DNA from: Botryllus schlosseri
Lineage: Eukaryota
Direction: 5' to 3'
Assembly: GCA_051294905.1 (NCBI GenBank)
Contig: CM119372.1
Span: 19,594,001 to 19,658,000, forward strand
DNA: 64,000 nucleotides
Both the position numbers and the translations under genes were made by a program. How positions within the stretch are numbered: the stretch's first letter is position 1; each line of letters begins with the position of its first letter. This document shows, one piece after another, positions 58,918-64,000 of this stretch. The notes under the pieces were generated by a model. It saw nothing but the letters and a program-made list of their open reading frames with translations, did not search any database and was not told the origin of the DNA.

Positions 58918-61900
58918 ATGATATACATTGCGTTAGCAATCTCTCTACTCATTCCACTATGTTCTGCCGGTCAGTACGTACCCGTCGTTCTGTGGACGAA
59001 TATAAAGTGAGTAATATCGAAAACGAATAGGAGTGCATCATTTAATGAAAATTACCAGATTTTGCTCCGAAAAATCAATATTCCATTCATCTCTAATGAG
59101 TTTGATTTGTTATAGAAAAGGCGTGAATCCAAGTTTAAAAGACTGGTTGATAATATTATTGGCATTTGCGATTTTGATTGCCTGCTGATTAAGTGATTAT
59201 TGACTAAATATATAAACATATTCTAATGAGTAATGACCATAAATTGTGCAGTTGATTCTTACACCGTATTTTGTTATGTTTATCTTGTGTGTCTACTGTC
59301 TACAATATGAATACGATTATATATCAATGAGAGTGAGGTACTTGCGTTTTTCCGTTACAGGCGAAGTGAATGTACACCAAATATCTCAGTTTATCCGGGA
59401 GAACCGATCTCTGTCTTTACCGAGAGCTCGTATTTCGAATGCTTGCGCTCATCGCATCCCGGCACGGTGAAAGTTTATGTAACGGACGAGGTTTGGCATT
59501 CTCAATTCTCAACAATATCATATATATCATATTGAGCAATTTCATTTTCATATCAGCTGGATCAGGTTGATTTGGCAACGAGTCGACACGCATCTGGAGA
59601 AGGGAAAGCCTTCCATCACCTAAAAGTGAGATATTTGCAATTTCGCTGGCTGTAATTGCGTGGAAATTCCTATTATATGCAGCTATCAAATTACCCGCAG
59701 GGAACCATGTTTCCAGTTATAAGTTTTTATTATGGTTTGGATCAAATTGTTTCCTGATTTCGGATCGCAGTTACATGCTGTCATAGGGGCACATTGTTGC
59801 CATAATTAGATTAGGCACGGCGATAGAGATTGAGAGAATTGGGTATTCGGTCCGACAAATATACAAATGCAAATGTGTATACTTATGCTGAACAAGGCTA
59901 TATGGCAAAGGGACTGACACACACTGAATGAAGAATTGTTGCACCGTAGCACTTGCTTTGGCCTAACATGAAAATACATTATGGAAACTCGTAGAAACTG
60001 CTATGCAATAATTTTTGCCTATAGCAGAGTAAAGTGGTAAATAATTCAAATTTGTGTCTGTATCACACGTTTTTAGGCCACATTGACTCATCATACATCA
60101 CTGGTCATGCCTGCTGTGATAGCAAGTTCAGTCCCGGCTTTTTTGCAAAACCGATTCACAGAGGACTTTGGTGGCGAATCTGTCGTTTCAGTGGTGGAGG
60201 TTGGAAGAATCGACCGTGGCTCGGCTGAGAGTACGCGAAGATCAATAATGTTGATTGGTAAGTACGGGACCCTCGATTTGTTTCACAAATATTTGACAGT
60301 GGCGATACACCTTGGTCGGCTATAACCTAACACCGAAAAACATGTTCACAAATTGGAAAATGTTCATGGAATACTGGGCTTTGCCAAGTAGTAGTCAGCC
60401 TACACGATTGTCACAAAAGCACTGCGAAATAATCATGGTTTAAAAATTGTAATGGGCATCATTTTCATTTTGGTCGAGTCATTATTGCTGTTCTGACATT
60501 ATGATAGACGGTACTATAATACTCAACTCTAAATTGAACCCCCAGGGTACTTGACGTTTCGTACAGTCACAATTAGTCGAAGGTTTAGGTGCAGCTATTT
60601 TTAGATGAGATCATCAACGAAGACTTGTTGAAGATGAAGGCAAATGAAAAATTTGTTGCTGTACTTGTTGCCAAATCGCCACCACAGCCGCAGGTAAAAT
60701 GTGTTCCTCCGTTATTCCTTGGTGAGATTGCTGCAAAATTTGTCTAATTTATCTGTCCACACATTAAAGATATACAAATAGTAATGGAAATATTCATTGC
60801 CAACTGTACGTTTCCGGTTAGAAGTGGCACTCTCAACTTATACTCTTGTACACCTTCGCCTTTCCTATCATGCGGGCTTGCCTTATATTTGGGATCAATC
60901 ATTAATCAAGTTTCTTCATCATTTATTTGGTCTTGATACTCAATCCACCTAAAAACTGTATAATATTTGAGAGGTATCATCACAGTTCATTTTACGGTAT
61001 CTCGGTTGATCTGCATCCCTGCATGTTTTGAATAGTTCATGAGCAATCGTTATCCTTATAATAAGGTCTCAAAGATTTTAACTTGATCAGAGTGTGAGAT
61101 ATAACGTGAAACCGCCACCACGCATTTGTGAAAGCACAATTGTATGCAGCATGTGTTATATGTGATTCCCCTTGTTTCTCATAATTCTCACCTTTATTGA
61201 TTTGACTTATTGATTGATTCCCATTTTATATGAATCAGTTCACTAATATATGCGCCAAACCAAATGCAGGAAATATTCCTCGGAAAAGTTTGAGACCCGC
61301 CTTCGACCAGCATTATTGGCACCGAGGATTAACTAAAAAAATTATTCAAAATATCATTCTTTTTTTGTGGCCATTTTTTGGATGGAAATGCGGTACTTGG
61401 GGACCCACAAATATCGGAAAATATTTTTTCGGTATGGGCACAGATTCCATCGCTGACGGAACAGTATTCTATGTCTGCACTCGTGGTTATGTCTTTAAAC
61501 CAATTTCTAGCTTCACGTGTACGAGGAAGGTGACTCTCATCACGGGCGGCAGCTTCTCGCCGTCACGGAGTCGTTCGCGCCTGCCGCGCAGCAGTTTGTT
61601 CACTGGCAGACTTGCATTTTCTTGTCCTACACCAACCTTTCATTGACTCACGGTGCAAGTGTCTACAGTCTCGTTGAGCCGAAAGTGGAACGGGGCTTTT
61701 GCAGCGAATCCAGCGATAATGCCAGGTTGGTGTAGAAGAGCATGTGCTGGGGGTGGGCATGTCTTATCTGTACGTTTTATTCAGCATCGACTTGAGTTTC
61801 AAAGTTGGTAATGGATCTGCGTCAGTCGGTCAGAGTCAGTCGGTCGTGAAGTTGGGGTAAGATGTTGTTTGAAACGTGGTTGTAAATGCCAGAGGATGCA

Positions 61901-63141
61901 CAATGATCTTTGGATAGAGCTGCGCACTGTGCTATCTTCTTTGTTGTTTGAGGTTTCCGCATGTTATGATGCGATCCGCTATATAGTTGATTGTGGTTTT
62001 TACGGCGGATAGTAGAAGTAGAAGTAGTGCTGTAAATTAATAATCAATTGCAGGCAGAAGAAGCATTTTCCAAAACTGAAAAAGTTCTTAGAGTAAGTAG
62101 TTTCAAAAAGTGGATTCGGTCGTTCAGACGCATACTTTCAGCAGTGCAGCGGAGGTGGCTACCATAGAAATTACATGATGTAACTTCGTAAGCGGACAAC
62201 GCAAAATATCTACTGACACTACTATTAGGTGTAGTCTTGGACTGTAATTCAGTTACCGTGATACAGGGTCTCTTTCATGCGGTTTCACCGAGCGAGATGG
62301 CATAATAGTGATGCGTCCGGCTTGTTGATCGGTAGGTCGTGGGTTCAATCCTCGACCGGGTCAGACCAAAGCCTTCGAAAACTCGTATCCGCGAACATCC
62401 CGCTAGGCGCCCAGCATCCACGGATAGCGTGGAAATAATGGTGGTGCAGATTAGATGACCTTACCTAAAATTCGTATCTTATCTCTCTCTCTTCTGACGA
62501 CTCCATCCATAAAAATGATGCAGACTTATCCCCAAATTACTTCTCTACTTTTCAAAATCCCAATTGATAAACAAAGTAGTTATGCCAAAAACTCTGTTCA
62601 AGCAGAAGTGGAAGTAGTCTGAAACCATGTCCCCTTGAGTTAGTAGTGCAAGTAGACAGAACCTACTTGAGTATGGTACTCCAAAAAAGTAGAAGTATAT
62701 CTCATCGCTCACCACGTCTGCTTGCACGACACAAAGTAAGATAGGATTTATTCCCAAAACGACAGTAATCTACCGCTACAACTGGCTGTGGGTTTTAGCC
62801 AAAGCTTTGGTATGTGGAAAATCCGCGTCTGCAACTTTAGTCAGCCCTTCCGGTCATTCACTTACAAGTGATGAAAATTAGAATATAACCTGTCTTGCAG
62901 ACTGCAGTTCGTCAAAGTACTGTCGAAGGCGTCGGCCGTGACGTGGTGGAACATTAGCTCCGCGGTTCTCAACCACAGCATCAGCGCTTCAGACAAGTCC
63001 TACAAATTGAGGATAAGCGACGGCTACGCCTACTCCGCTCCTTCCAACTGGTCGTGGGTTTGCAAAAAGCCGCCGGCTATGACTTGGAAGGATCCAAAGG
63101 ACAGTACCAATACGCAGAAGCTGGAATTTGAGAGTATCCAG
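58918..63141 (+). CDS. ATP6AP1: V-ATPase accessory subunit Ac45 (ATP6AP1-like), 8 exons visible, 3' exon(s) not found in the window
   Basis: Exons 58918-59006, 59361-59490, 59557-59625, 60077-60257, 60605-60693, 61511-61725, 61785-61856, 62901-63141; phases are consistent (362 codons). Signal peptide MIYIALAISLLIPLCSA is followed by QYVPVVLW, SLVMPAV, DEIINEDLLKMK, GRQLL, CIFLSYTNLSL, SAVTWWNI and APSNWSWVC, collinear with recalled human ATP6AP1 motifs. Confidence 0.8.
62287..62485 (+). mobile_element. tRNA-derived SINE
   Basis: Box A-like TGGCATAATAG and box B-like GGTTCAATCC, followed by a non-tRNA body (GACCAAAG...GCTAGGCGC...GGTGCAGATTAGATGACCTTAC) shared with the copies at about 32745-32995 and 38715-38866. 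Confidence 0.75.
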
Positions 63142-64000
63142 GTATGTCTCCCAGCTGTTTCCAATGCTAACCAGGCGTGGTTAGTAATTAATTTTGCTTC
63201 TTTGGAGTACCTTCTTTGGTGCTCTAGTAGGTTTTTCAACTTGCATTACTTACTCCTGTCGATATGTTTTGACACTTTGGATTTTGTAGAAAGTAGCTTT
63301 AGGATAAGTTTGTATCACTGTTACGAGTTGAACAACTGATCAAAATGTCTCCTGTATCACTGCAACGGACTATATTTTTGAATATTACACTTATTTGTAA
63401 TGTCGTTGGTCGTATTACATTACTCGCAAAGATGCTCCCTGCAATCTCGTAAGTAGTCACTTCCGAATATCAGCTAAATGCATTCGTCCCCTCGACCAAA
63501 TCTACCTTTTGAAACTGCTCACTTGAGTACGTTAAAGACCATCGTGTTCTGATTCCACTTGCAGTAGTCATTACATGCCTTGGATATTGCTATTTCAATT
63601 TATAATTGAGTAGAAATTTATGGTGTTACTTCTAGAGGTCGACAAATATTGATTTTTACAGGCTGATACCGATATATCGGTACACTCACAAGGCCGATAA
63701 CCGATATCATAGGCCGATATTAATATTGAAGGAGCAGAGAACAATTTCACCAAAAATATTATATATTAGGCAAGATGGCATTTTTTTATGCCACAGAAAG
63801 GTGAACAACAAACGAGAAAACTGAAATTGAAAAGAATTATCGCTTAATTGTGCACATACGTTGAAAATTTGGAATAGCCAAAAAGTAAATCATGATACAG
63901 GATTCCGGATCAGTTCAGAAAAGGTAGATTGTAATGCAGGAAGCATAGTTTCTCTGCATGCTCAGTTAAAATGGTCCTGCAAGGGTAAACCTGTCGCATA

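Noticed and set aside
62287..62365. tRNA gene
   Set aside because: There is no convincing cloverleaf, and it continues into a body shared with other dispersed copies, so it is a SINE head.

Overview
Eukaryotic (metazoan) genomic DNA with spliceosomal introns, many only 59-70 bp; an invertebrate chordate such as an ascidian is my inference, not something the sequence proves. Gene models were built by hand, checking splice sites and phases: a chondroitin polymerizing factor (CHPF-like) gene on - (14 exons, running off the left edge); an intronless ISWI/SMARCA5 gene on +, head-to-head with it; a 10-exon RASSF7/8-like gene on -; an NCOA4-like gene on +; a 213-aa ORF sharing a repeated motif with the NCOA4-like tail; a 6-exon CDC5L; and an ATP6AP1/Ac45-like gene whose 3' end was not found in the window. 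The most striking structure is a 5,894-bp Foldback/Mutator-type element (41301-47194) inserted in the NCOA4-like coding sequence. It has a perfect 9-bp target-site duplication and inverted arms built from 178-bp tandem units; removing it restores a single 540-codon ORF. The introns and intergenic DNA hold many non-autonomous hAT-type elements with 8-bp TSDs (including a nested stack inside a TTAGGG-containing 23-bp minisatellite), tRNA-derived SINEs and LINE 3' fragments. Homology calls rest on recalled protein motifs, not on a database search.
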